Source of the DNA: Tolypothrix carrinoi HA7290-LM1
GTDB taxonomy: Bacteria > Cyanobacteriota > Cyanobacteriia > Cyanobacteriales > Nostocaceae
DNA: 64,000 nt
Direction: 5' to 3'
Assembly: GCA_019358935.1 (NCBI GenBank)
Contig: JAHHIK010000009.1
Location: forward strand, 44,707 to 108,706
This document shows, piece by piece, positions 1 through 9,330 of the stretch (the stretch's first letter is position 1; the number at the start of each line of letters is the position of its first letter). Made by a program: the position numbers and the translations under genes. The notes under the pieces are model-generated. The model worked only from the letters and a program-made list of their open reading frames with translations, did not search any database and was not told the DNA's origin.

Positions 1-904
1 ACTTGAGTTCACCTTCAAGTTGGATTAGTGCTACGAGTATTTGTTTGAGTTTAACGACGCTTACAGCTTCGACTTCTTTTTTGAGGAAGTACAGCCTTTT
101 GGGGTTGCTGAGTTCGGCGAGTGTTGAGATTTTATTGTCGGGCAGTTTTTCTTCTACCCCAGCTTTCGTAATTAACCAAGTGCGGAAGTAACTTATGAGG
201 GTGGCGACTATTTTAAGAGGGTGTTCATCCTCAACTAGTAGGCGGTGGAGTATTTGTCCTGCTGTATCGGCTCTACTATTTTTAATGGCGTGGGCGAGTT
301 CGGTACAACTGATATTGTTGTTGCTTATAAGTGACTGAACATCTCCTAACTCCAATTTTTGCCCCTGAGCGTAGATAGCAAGTTTGGTTAATTCGCTATC
401 GAGCCGTGCAGTATTGTTTCCAATTGCCTCCACTAGATAGGTAGTGGCGGCGGGGACAAGCTCTAAGGAATGGGTTTTTACTGCTGCTTGAATTAGTTTT
501 TCTATTCCTTGTTTATCCCAACTGGGGATGAGAGGAAATTCTTCAACTTCGGCGTGTTTGAATAGTGCTTTGACGACTTTGCTTCTACCATCAGGTTTCC
601 AAAGTGAGGTAATTAAAAGTAGGTTTGGAGTAGGTACTTTGTCAAGATTTTTTAAGAGTGAGGAAATTATTTCATCCGAACATTTATTGAATATTGTCCC
701 ATCTGTAATGTGGACAATTTTTCCACCTTCCCCCAAGGGAACTGTCATTACCTCTGTTATTGCCTGGGGTATTGCTGCTGCTTTGTTATCAACTCGAATG
801 TAGTTGAAGATTTCCCACTCTTGGGTAGTAAAATCTTTAATTAATTCTTCCACCCTTTTTGATATTGAGTGGATATCTTCCCCATAAATTAATTTTACTG
901 GCAT
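1..904 (-). CDS. holA: DNA polymerase III subunit delta (3' end runs off the window; absent from the ORF track)
   Basis: Manual translation from the ATG at 904 gives MPVKLIYGEDIHSISKRVEELIKDFTTQEWEIFNY...EVMTVPFGEGGKIV, later ...NPKRLYFLKKEV. This matches the cyanobacterial HolA pattern. Confidence 0.88.
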   Translation of the reverse strand, partial: MPVKLIYGEDIHSISKRVEELIKDFTTQEWEIFNYIRVDNKAAAIPQAITEVMTVPLGEGGKIVHITDGTIFNKCSDEIISSLLKNLDKVPTPNLLLITSLWKPDGRSKVVKALFKHAEVEEFPLIPSWDKQGIEKLIQAAVKTHSLELVPAATTYLVEAIGNNTARLDSELTKLAIYAQGQKLELGDVQSLISNNNISCTELAHAIKNSRADTAGQILHRLLVEDEHPLKIVATLISYFRTWLITKAGVEEKLPDNKISTLAELSNPKRLYFLKKEVEAVSVVKLKQILVALIQLEGELK

Positions 905-1125
905 GGGTATCTTGCTAAATGTTTATATATAAGTGCGTTAGCTAGCAAGTGGTGGTAAATAAATTTTCAAGTTATTGATATTTGTAGTTAGTCATTATTT
1001 CTCCTGTAAATTAGATGGTTAAATTTAATTTTTACAAATTTTATCAATTCGATTCTTTATCATTAGAGTTATTTTAATTAACTTATTTATCCCTAAATTC
1101 ATTATTTATAACTTTTGACTGGAGT

Positions 1126-1341
1126 CTATAAAAAATTAACGCTTGATTTTAATTTTGATGCTATTAGATAACATCCTAGGCTGAAGAGAAGACTCGCAAT
1201 TAATGTAAGTACCGCAATTCTAACTAGCGACATTGCGAATAAATCATCTAAATTTTTATAAACTAATCTAGGATTATTATTTCCTATTGGAGTTATTATC
1301 CACATTACTTTTTGTATATTTAGTGTGAAAAATATTACCAC
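1126..1341 (-). CDS. small hypothetical membrane protein
   Basis: 71-aa ORF with a hydrophobic C-terminal helix, co-oriented with its neighbours; very AT-rich and the start is uncertain. Confidence 0.3.
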   Translation of the reverse strand: MVIFFTLNIQKVMWIITPIGNNNPRLVYKNLDDLFAMSLVRIAVLTLIASLLFSLGCYLIASKLKSSVNFL

Positions 1342-1382
1342 AGACTTATTAATTAGGCTGTAGTAATATCATTTTTATCCTT

Positions 1383-2168
1383 TTATAGGATTCCCTTGTT
1401 GCCAACCGATTGTATATCAACTTTACTTTGGTTGACATCTTGAACTGAATTTATAACTTGCTGAGTACCGTGATATTTGCGCCAGCCATCTAAGTCGCTT
1501 AGGTATTGCAACAGCGCAGATGGACCAGCTACCTGATATAGCGAGATGGCTGATTCCCACTCCCGAAAATTTGCTTTTTTATCGTTGAGAATTTTGATAA
1601 TGGCACTGGGAAGTTTGTATCGAGTGCCACTATTTAAATTAATGTGCGGTGTGGTTTCTAGAAGTAGTTCCTGTTCGGATAGGGGTACACCGCCATCTTT
1701 AAGATTTATCTCGTTTAGTTGGGCAGTTATACCTGAGAGAGGTAGGGTTTGTTGGGTTATACTGGCGACTAATATTTTCTGTTTAGTCTTCCTAGATTTG
1801 ACAACTACAGGGTTTTTGGGAATGGGTATTAAGTAGCTTTGTGGAAGTTCAAGTGATAGCTGTTCTTTGAGTCGGTAGGGTAAGGTTTGTTTTTGGGCTG
1901 GGGTAATCTCGTAGGAGAAATTGGCTGTTTGTCTGGGGTCGCCAAACTTTCGGAGTTTGATTCTTACCTTGTAAGATATACTTCCTTGAATGAGTGTATG
2001 ACTGTCAATAACTGTAGGTATACTATGTTCCCACCATACAATTTCAACAACTCGGTCGCCGTCTAATGAGTTATAGACATTGGTTAATCTGGCGTAGGGC
2101 TTTACTTCAAGGAAGTTATTTAACCACTTGCGTTGTTTTTTGTTGAGCAGTGATAATTTTTTAGCCAT
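1383..2168 (-). CDS. hypothetical protein with a possible clamp-binding motif (QLSLEL)
   Basis: 261-aa ORF starting 2 nt after the polB stop; family not recognised. Confidence 0.7.
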   Translation of the reverse strand: MAKKLSLLNKKQRKWLNNFLEVKPYARLTNVYNSLDGDRVVEIVWWEHSIPTVIDSHTLIQGSISYKVRIKLRKFGDPRQTANFSYEITPAQKQTLPYRLKEQLSLELPQSYLIPIPKNPVVVKSRKTKQKILVASITQQTLPLSGITAQLNEINLKDGGVPLSEQELLLETTPHINLNSGTRYKLPSAIIKILNDKKANFREWESAISLYQVAGPSALLQYLSDLDGWRKYHGTQQVINSVQDVNQSKVDIQSVGNKGIL

Positions 2169-2170
2169 TG

Positions 2171-3985
2171 TTAGAAAAGAGTCAGTTGTTTGCCGCTGTT
2201 TAGCATTTTAGGGTTTGCAATTTGCAGGATTTCTACTCGTTTTTGGGCGAGTAATTTGATGTAATACTGTGATGAATACTTTTGTAGGCTGTTGATGTCT
2301 GTTACACCCAGAATGCTGTAATAATAAGTCACGACATCTCCGGGTTTTCCAAGTTTGAGAAGTTCTTTTTCACCCTCTTTAATTCTGCGAGTAATGCACA
2401 AGTTTTCTTTTGGATATTCCCTTGATAAAATATGGGATAAAATGTGGGTGTAATACTCTTCTGCTGCTGATATATCTTGGATTAGGAGAGTTAAATACTG
2501 AATGGAAAACTCTTTCTCTAGTTGCGAGCGATCGCGATTGCGCCAGTTGCCTTTGGTGATGATTTTCCCGTGCGGAAGCCATAGGAGGTAGTTTTTGGTT
2601 CCTCTTTCCGGGATAAACATCGCCGAAGCGATAAACTCTAGTTTGACGGTTATCCCTTCAGGCAGTTGAGATTGAAGTAAACAATGTATCTCTTCTGGAT
2701 TGGGGTGGGTGAAAAACACCCCGTCAGTGTCAACTTCCACGGGAGTACCCCCTTCATAAGTGATAATTTCAATCATGAGTTTGAGTACCTTTCTGCTGTA
2801 GGCTGTCACCAAAGCCGCAGCCTCCATATCGTTGAAGGCGAGTTCAGATGTGCCGAAGAAGCCAAATTCGGAGTTAGCTAGAACTTTGACAGATTCTCTC
2901 TTCTCCTTGGCAGCAATATTTCCACTAGATGCAAGTTGTTCCAGTCTAGATTTTTCATTCACCAGATATTGCAGGATACTTAGCCCAATACGTTTTGTAT
3001 CTTTGATTGAGCAAATACCCTTGTCTAGCATTGCCCAAGGGTGCATTGAGCTAATATCTGCATATCCGACCTTTCTATACAGTCCAGGGATAGAGTAGGC
3101 CATGCCTCCCTGGAATTTGTACTTGCGATCGGGTTTGGGTTTATAGCCTGGATAATGATGCTCAAATATTCGCTCCCACTTGGTACCATTACCAGCAAGT
3201 GCTAGCTGCTGGAGATTCATTTCCGGTACAATTAGTGCTTCGTAATAGTATGACGGTACAAGTCTGTTAGCAATTAACTGCGTGTCTTCGAGGTCGTACA
3301 CAAGATACTCTTTTAGCCGTTTCCATCCCTTACTGTTGGGGCCATCTTTCCAACAAGCGAGGATTTCCTCATAAGGAAGAACCAGTCTGGTGTTTTGGCG
3401 CAGTCCCATGTCCAATACAGCTTTTTTGAGCGACCTTCCGTTGGTTAGCTTTTTGGTGACAAAATCCCACCTGAGAACGCAGATGTAAACGTCTACATGC
3501 TGGCTATTTTGGACAAATACCTCCCGAATTTTTAGCGGTTCGCCTCGTACCTTGGCAGTTCGGATAGTCCGAGATTTGGATGCAATTTTAAATGGGTGTT
3601 TTATACCATGCAGGTTGGATCTAGTGATAATGAATGGAATGTCAAATTCCATCCCGTTGTAGGTGAAAATTACATCTGGATTTTTCTTCTTTAAGTGATT
3701 GAAAAAGTCTGTGATAGTTTGTGCTTCTGAAATATTCATAAAAACAGTAGGATATCCCATTTCATCCATACACCCGATGGCATAAATGCGATTTTCAATT
3801 GGGTCTATACCTGCTGTTTCAATATCGACAAATAACTGTGAAAGTTCCTGGTATGGCTTGAGTTGTACTTGCGGTTGCCAGGGTTGAATTGGAGTGGGGT
3901 CTTTCCAATAAATGTCTAGTTTATCTTCATCGACAATGATTATACCCCTAGATTTTTTGACAAAATCCCTGTGGTTATAACTCAT
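2171..3985 (-). CDS. family B DNA polymerase with 3'-5' exonuclease domain
   Basis: Exo motifs VDIET, YNGMEFDIPF and YDLEDT; polymerase motifs DISSMHP, KVLANSEFG and VDTDG; C-terminal QLTLF. Confidence 0.92.
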   Translation of the reverse strand: MSYNHRDFVKKSRGIIIVDEDKLDIYWKDPTPIQPWQPQVQLKPYQELSQLFVDIETAGIDPIENRIYAIGCMDEMGYPTVFMNISEAQTITDFFNHLKKKNPDVIFTYNGMEFDIPFIITRSNLHGIKHPFKIASKSRTIRTAKVRGEPLKIREVFVQNSQHVDVYICVLRWDFVTKKLTNGRSLKKAVLDMGLRQNTRLVLPYEEILACWKDGPNSKGWKRLKEYLVYDLEDTQLIANRLVPSYYYEALIVPEMNLQQLALAGNGTKWERIFEHHYPGYKPKPDRKYKFQGGMAYSIPGLYRKVGYADISSMHPWAMLDKGICSIKDTKRIGLSILQYLVNEKSRLEQLASSGNIAAKEKRESVKVLANSEFGFFGTSELAFNDMEAAALVTAYSRKVLKLMIEIITYEGGTPVEVDTDGVFFTHPNPEEIHCLLQSQLPEGITVKLEFIASAMFIPERGTKNYLLWLPHGKIITKGNWRNRDRSQLEKEFSIQYLTLLIQDISAAEEYYTHILSHILSREYPKENLCITRRIKEGEKELLKLGKPGDVVTYYYSILGVTDINSLQKYSSQYYIKLLAQKRVEILQIANPKMLNSGKQLTLF

Positions 3986-4098
3986 GAACTAGAGACTTTT
4001 CTAATTGTGAATGAAAGATTTTTCGCGTTCAGGATATATTGCAATACTTGTGGGTACTGACTGAGGAAGTATTCTATATCTTTAATACTGGTAATCAT
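3982..4098 (-). CDS. 38-aa small protein translationally coupled to polB
   Basis: MITSIKDIEYFLSQYPQVLQYILNAKNLSFTIRKVSSS*; its stop overlaps the polB start as ATGA. Confidence 0.4.
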   Translation of the reverse strand: MITSIKDIEYFLSQYPQVLQYILNAKNLSFTIRKVSSS

Positions 4099-4582
4099 TA
4101 ACTCTTTATTTTATTCGCACTAGTTAATAATTGGATACTCTAGATTAGAATACTTCAGATTAAAAATAATTTTAATATCAGAATACACCCCATGATTTTA
4201 AATTTTACTACGTAACAAGAGGAAACTAAACTTATAAACTTATCTAGACTATTTATATTTATAAGATTATGTTTATTCATACTAACTTTAATTAAGATTA
4301 TTACCTTTATGGCGTATGCTTGTGCCGTGGTTAACCTCGGTCGCAAAATATTTATAATATTTTTATTAAAGAAAAACCAATTGCTTATCCAATACATATA
4401 CTGATGCTATTGGTTTAATTTTAATATATTTACTGTTTTGCTATTATTATCGTGAAAAAATACGTACTTGAATGGGAAAAGAGAAAAATTATGTTTAAAT
4501 GTTAAGCCCAAAAATAAAAAAAATTAATTAAAAAGTTGAAACCTCTTTTAATTGCCAAAACTAAAAGAGGTTTTAACTTATG

Positions 4583-4813
4583 CTATGCTTGTTGGCTGTT
4601 GTTCAAGTATGCTTGAAATCGTTGGACTATGGCTTTGATTTCTTGTGCAGCTAGTACAGCAGCGAAAGTATCATTTGCTAGTTCTTGGTTAATAAACATC
4701 CCATGTTCATTTTTAGGACTTTCTTCGATTTGTCCTCCTGCATCATTTTCAATTTGTTCTCCTAATTCTTCTAAAGTTTTTAATTGTTGTTGAAATAATT
4801 TGCGATATTCCAT
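4583..4813 (-). CDS. hypothetical helical protein
   Basis: 76-aa ORF in the run, followed by a hairpin at about 4533-4579. Confidence 0.65.
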   Translation of the reverse strand: MEYRKLFQQQLKTLEELGEQIENDAGGQIEESPKNEHGMFINQELANDTFAAVLAAQEIKAIVQRFQAYLNNSQQA

Positions 4814-4921
4814 GTATTTAACAAAGAAATTGTAAGTTGTATAATATTAAGAGCGTTAGCTATAGCTGCGGTTTTATTTGAACTAATAACTAACTCTCCC
4901 TAATCAGGGAGAGTTGCTATT

Positions 4922-6211
4922 CTAAGCTTGTTGCAGTTGTGTTTGTTGCAACTTTTGAATAACTTCCACCCACACTAAGGCTTTCTTTCCATTAATGGGT
5001 GTAAGCTTTTGCCAGTGTTCCTGTAACTGTGTCTGCGATAAGTGGGGTAACTGTTCTTTTGCCCAGTTAATTGCGTCTTGGGCAGTTTTCCAATCCTTCC
5101 AGGGTTGAGTTTGGGAACTATTCTTTGTGGTTTGAACTATCTCGATAATGGTAGCTTCCATCCACAAGTGCGCGTTTTCATCTCGCATAAGATTTTGACG
5201 TGCCATCAGGAGTGCGATCGCACTGTGGATGTGGTTAACGCTCCACGATTTGGAGATTGTTGTAAGGGAATTCCAGGTTTCCTCTTCGAGTTGGGTAATA
5301 TTTCTGCCATCGGGGTTGGTTTTGCAGACAAGCAGGTCTTTTAGAAAGCTGACAAGGCTTGTGTGGATGGTGATTGGGTGCTTGCCGCATTCAATCCAAT
5401 TTTGGAGAATGCCTAAATTGCCTGTAATTTGTCTAAGAGTGATATTTTCAAAGAAAGTGACTAAATCGTATTCGGGGATAATACCCGATAGTTCCCATAC
5501 CCAATTGGGAGTGATTTCTCCTTCTCCCAGCAAGGTTAGTTGGTCTAAAAGTTTGAGTGAGTCGCGCAAGTGTCCCTTGTTTGTTTTGGCGACGGCTGTT
5601 AATGCTAGCGGATTGATATTTATACCTTCCTGGTGGGCAACTTTTTCTAGGTAATTTACAACTAGTGAGAGGGTAACCCTTCTAAAATCGAACTTTTGGC
5701 AGCGGGAGGTAATAGTTTCTGGGACTTTGTGTACCTCGGTGGTACAGAAGATGAACACAACATGGGCTGGTGGTTGTTCTAATGTTTTGAGTAATGCTTG
5801 CCACGATTGGTGGGAAAGGGCATGACATTCATCTATTATTAGGATTTTGTACCTACCCTCGATTGGTTTAAGTTGAAGGTTGGATACCATCTCGCGGATG
5901 TTATCTACACCAGAGTGGCTGGCGGCATCAAGTTCGGTTACATCGAGAGATGAGGAGTGGGAAATAGTCTGACAAGAATTGCACTCGCCACAGGGTTCGG
6001 TTGTTGGTTCCTCTGTTGATTGACAGTTGAGAGATTTGGCGAGAATGCGCGCTGTAGTCGTTTTACCCGTACCCTTGGGACCGGTAAATAGATAGGCTGG
6101 GGCAGTCTTTTTGAGCAAGATCGCATTATTCAGGGTGCGTACAATATGTTCTTGTCCGACTATTTGTGAAAGTTGCTGGGGGCGATACTTGAGATGCAGT
6201 GGTGTGTACAT
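4922..6211 (-). CDS. dnaX: DNA polymerase III subunit gamma/tau (clamp loader ATPase)
   Basis: LKYRPQ, Walker A GPKGTGKT, zinc module PCGECNSC, ELDAAS, IIDECH and SRC motif; likely start is the ATG at 6211 (MYTPL). Confidence 0.95.
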   Translation of the reverse strand: MYTPLHLKYRPQQLSQIVGQEHIVRTLNNAILLKKTAPAYLFTGPKGTGKTTTARILAKSLNCQSTEEPTTEPCGECNSCQTISHSSSLDVTELDAASHSGVDNIREMVSNLQLKPIEGRYKILIIDECHALSHQSWQALLKTLEQPPAHVVFIFCTTEVHKVPETITSRCQKFDFRRVTLSLVVNYLEKVAHQEGININPLALTAVAKTNKGHLRDSLKLLDQLTLLGEGEITPNWVWELSGIIPEYDLVTFFENITLRQITGNLGILQNWIECGKHPITIHTSLVSFLKDLLVCKTNPDGRNITQLEEETWNSLTTISKSWSVNHIHSAIALLMARQNLMRDENAHLWMEATIIEIVQTTKNSSQTQPWKDWKTAQDAINWAKEQLPHLSQTQLQEHWQKLTPINGKKALVWVEVIQKLQQTQLQQA

Positions 6212-6281
6212 ATTTGAGAAAGTCAAATTTTCTAAATGGATTTGTGTATAGCCAGTAAAAATGCTGGCTATACTTGTTGGT

Positions 6282-7598
6282 CTATAAAGCTGCTGTTTCT
6301 ACTGGTTTTGCTTCCTGCTTGCGCTTGCGGGATTTTGACTTGCTGGTGCTAGCTGTATCAGACGGGGATGTTTCTGTTATGCTGGTTGTTTCATTAGATA
6401 CCTCTTGTTCGGAAATATCTACTGTTTCACTTTCTGGCTTGGAAGTGGTGGCAAGATTTTCTGGTTTATCGAAATCTTGGACGTCTACGGGCATAATTAG
6501 TGTTAATTGGTCGAGCAATCCACCTACAGGAGAAATGATGACTGGTTGGAGGGGTTTGTTAAATCTGAATAGGATTTCATCGGTTGAAATGTGTTTGAGT
6601 GCTTCTTGTAGATAGCTACTGTTTACCCCAATACCGATGTTTTCCCCTATACTGGTTTGGGTTTTCATAAGTAAAGAATCTACCGCATCGCCAATATCAG
6701 TATTACCTGTCATTAATGTTGCTTGTTGATCGTTCACCTCCCACAGGATTTTAACAATCTTGTGTTTTTTCTCTGCGAAATGGCTGATTCTTTTGAGAAT
6801 AATTTCCATACCCTTGCGCTCTACAATTAGCTCGTTGGCAAAGCTTTTAGGTATAAGGTTGTTGATACGGGGAAATTCTCCTTCTAACAACCTGGATGTC
6901 AGTTCGGCATTTGGCAAGATAAACTGGATGGTGTTGTTTGCGACTTTGAGCGTACAACTGTTATTTTCGGCTGTTGTCGCCAAGATTTTTGCCAACTCGG
7001 TGAGGCTTCTTCTAGGGACTGTGAATGATAGTGGTTCGTAGTTTCGCTCCAGCTTGGAAGATACAAACGCAAGGCGGTGTCCGTCGGTGCTGGCGCAACT
7101 CCAATTTTCACCTTGTAACTGAAAATGTACGCCTGTGAGGATGAGTTTGGTTTCGTCTGCGCTGCTGCAATACAGACAAGCTTCCAAGGCAGCTTGTAGC
7201 TTCTTGCTAGGAATGCTGATTTCGGTAGGGTTTTCTGTTTGTGGGATGCTTGGAAAATCTTCTGGATTTCCTCCTATAATACGACATTTTCCCGTGCTGT
7301 GGCTGATAACACAGGCGCGATCGCTTACTTCAATGTCCAGTTCGCCGCTTCCTAGATTGTTAACTGTATCGACTAGTAGTTTGGCGTTTAAAGCGACTAC
7401 ACCTGAGCGTATAATATTAATTATCGCTGTAGTTTTGATACTTACATTCAGGTCAGTACCAATGACGGTAAGTCTGCCCGAATCCGAGGCTTCGATTAAC
7501 AAACTTCCGAGTATAGGGTCTACTGGTTTTGTGGATATGCCGTTTTTGGCTGTTTCTAAGAGTTCCGCCAGTACAGATTGAGTAATTATTAGTTTCAT
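6282..7598 (-). CDS. dnaN: DNA polymerase III beta sliding clamp with an extended low-complexity C-tail
   Basis: PILGSLLIEA, GTDL, ILTGV, ASTDGHRLA, SRLLEGEFP and LIMPV motifs. Confidence 0.95.
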   Translation of the reverse strand: MKLIITQSVLAELLETAKNGISTKPVDPILGSLLIEASDSGRLTVIGTDLNVSIKTTAIINIIRSGVVALNAKLLVDTVNNLGSGELDIEVSDRACVISHSTGKCRIIGGNPEDFPSIPQTENPTEISIPSKKLQAALEACLYCSSADETKLILTGVHFQLQGENWSCASTDGHRLAFVSSKLERNYEPLSFTVPRRSLTELAKILATTAENNSCTLKVANNTIQFILPNAELTSRLLEGEFPRINNLIPKSFANELIVERKGMEIILKRISHFAEKKHKIVKILWEVNDQQATLMTGNTDIGDAVDSLLMKTQTSIGENIGIGVNSSYLQEALKHISTDEILFRFNKPLQPVIISPVGGLLDQLTLIMPVDVQDFDKPENLATTSKPESETVDISEQEVSNETTSITETSPSDTASTSKSKSRKRKQEAKPVETAAL

Positions 7599-7670
7599 GG
7601 TGTATTTTGCCAGGGCATGATTTGTAAAGTGCTAGCGTGTTAACTAGCACCCTTGAAGTTTTACAAATGG

Positions 7671-8582
7671 TTAGTAAGGCAATTTGTCTAATTCGGATGA
7701 ATTAGCTGGTGAGATTCCGACTGTTTCTACTGCACTTGGTAGTAGTAAATTATTATCTAGACCTGGAATTGCCATAGGTTTGTTGGGTTCGAGGGATTCC
7801 CATACGTAATTCTTAACGTCAGCTTTAAACCCTACGAAGTAGTTTTGCCATGTTTCTAGTGTTGGGGTTTCGTGTTCGACTACCTTGCAAGCAAAACTTT
7901 TTTGTTTGGTTCCAGCTTGTTCTCTAGCTGTTTTGAAGCAAAAGATTCCTAGAGAATAAAACAAGGTATTTTTTTGTTTGGCTGGGATACCATTAATAAT
8001 TGAATGGCAAGTATTTAATTCTTTGCAGAATTCTTGCCAATGAGTGGCAAAGGATGCTTGATTTGCGCCCATTGCCTTATAAGTTAGGGGAATTTGATGC
8101 AGGGGTTGATTATTTTTGTCTAGCAGGAAGACTTGAAAATACTGTAGGTTGCCAATATTTTCGTCTTCTTTCATTTCAAGAGTGTACTTTCCTAAAATTA
8201 TTGTTGACGAGTTTGGTTCTTGGGATTGCTTTCTATCAAATCCCAACACTGGCGATTTGGGACACACCAACATTCTGGGATTTTGGATAAGAATACCCTT
8301 TTCTTCACCACCGCTAGACTCAAACGTGTAGGTTATGAGTTGCTTGTCGTCAAAGTCCATCCAACCTGCATTTGCCATTTGGTCTACACTTATGAAATAC
8401 CCGCAGGTTTGTGAGGTAGTACCGCGAAGTGCTTGGATGCGAGGGAGTCGTGCATTTGGGTCTAAAAACTCAGGCGAACAAAATTCATCTTTTTCTGTTA
8501 CTTGAGGAATTGTTGTTGAATGAGTTTCGGCAGTATTACTTTTTGTTTGAGTTTCATTTAAATTGGCTTGAGTTTTAGCCAT
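7671..8582 (-). CDS. conserved cyanobacterial plasmid protein (DUF5895-like)
   Basis: 303 aa, DEFCSPEFLDPNARLPRIQALRG; the family name is from memory of similar proteins. Confidence 0.6.
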   Translation of the reverse strand: MAKTQANLNETQTKSNTAETHSTTIPQVTEKDEFCSPEFLDPNARLPRIQALRGTTSQTCGYFISVDQMANAGWMDFDDKQLITYTFESSGGEEKGILIQNPRMLVCPKSPVLGFDRKQSQEPNSSTIILGKYTLEMKEDENIGNLQYFQVFLLDKNNQPLHQIPLTYKAMGANQASFATHWQEFCKELNTCHSIINGIPAKQKNTLFYSLGIFCFKTAREQAGTKQKSFACKVVEHETPTLETWQNYFVGFKADVKNYVWESLEPNKPMAIPGLDNNLLLPSAVETVGISPANSSELDKLPY

Positions 8583-8696
8583 ATTTATCCTTATTGAACT
8601 AGTTCATATACCCTGTGCATTTGCATATGCCGTGATAAAAAATAAAGTTGCCTGTTATAAACAAGTAACTTAAAAGTTAATCTTGGAAGTAATTAT

Positions 8697-8957
8697 TTAA
8701 GTAATCTCTTCTAAGTCGTATGAATATTCTCCTTCTAAATACTCATTTTTAGTCTTAATAAGTTTGTGATACGTTTTTTCTAAATTGCTGATTAATTCTT
8801 GAAGAACTAGCGTGGTTTCAGTAGTGAAAGTTAGACTCACTGTTGTGCCAATTGAATTATGTATTGCGACTGTTTGTTCATCTGGACTACCGTACACTGT
8901 GACGCTACTTTCTTTTCCAGGAATAAATCTGTAGGATGTGATTGTCTGAATTGTCAT
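8697..8957 (-). CDS. hypothetical protein
   Basis: 86-aa ORF co-oriented in the run. Confidence 0.55.
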   Translation of the reverse strand: MTIQTITSYRFIPGKESSVTVYGSPDEQTVAIHNSIGTTVSLTFTTETTLVLQELISNLEKTYHKLIKTKNEYLEGEYSYDLEEIT

Positions 8958-9185
8958 TTTACTTCTTGGCTATTTTGGTTTTTTTTGCAACATATTGTTG
9001 ACTAAATTAGTGATATTACTTAGCTTTAAACTAGCTAGTTTGCACTTGCTTACAGCATCTTCTAACTTCCAACTCTTGCTATTCAAGTATTTTGTAGCTA
9101 ATGTGCTTCTCTCATATGGGAAATAGGTATGTTATATACCTATTCCTATTTTCGTCAACCTGCCAGTATACAATGCGTTTATAAT

Positions 9186-9324
9186 AGACCTGTCCGCAAA
9201 TAAAGCTCAAAATAGCTGAAACCCTTACATAGCTTACTTTTTAGCTCAGGGAAGAGAGAAAACTCTAAAACCCTCTCCAGAGCTAGGTTTCAGGCAAATA
9301 AAGTTATCATTTCCGGATAAGTCT
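9186..9324. mobile_element. 139-bp MITE-like element
   Basis: Imperfect terminal inverted repeats AGACCTGTCCGCAAAT / ATTTCCGGATAAGTCT, flanked on both sides by AAT (9183-9185 and 9325-9327). Confidence 0.6.
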
Positions 9325-9330
9325 AATACA

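Noticed and set aside
3..803. Plus-strand ORFs 3-191 and 528-803, and similar short antisense ORFs throughout the track
   Set aside because: They are shadows of well-supported genes on the opposite strand, here holA.
4155..4397. 80-aa ORF upstream of polB
   Set aside because: Extremely AT-rich with Ile/Lys/Asn bias and no motif; it cannot be supported as a gene.
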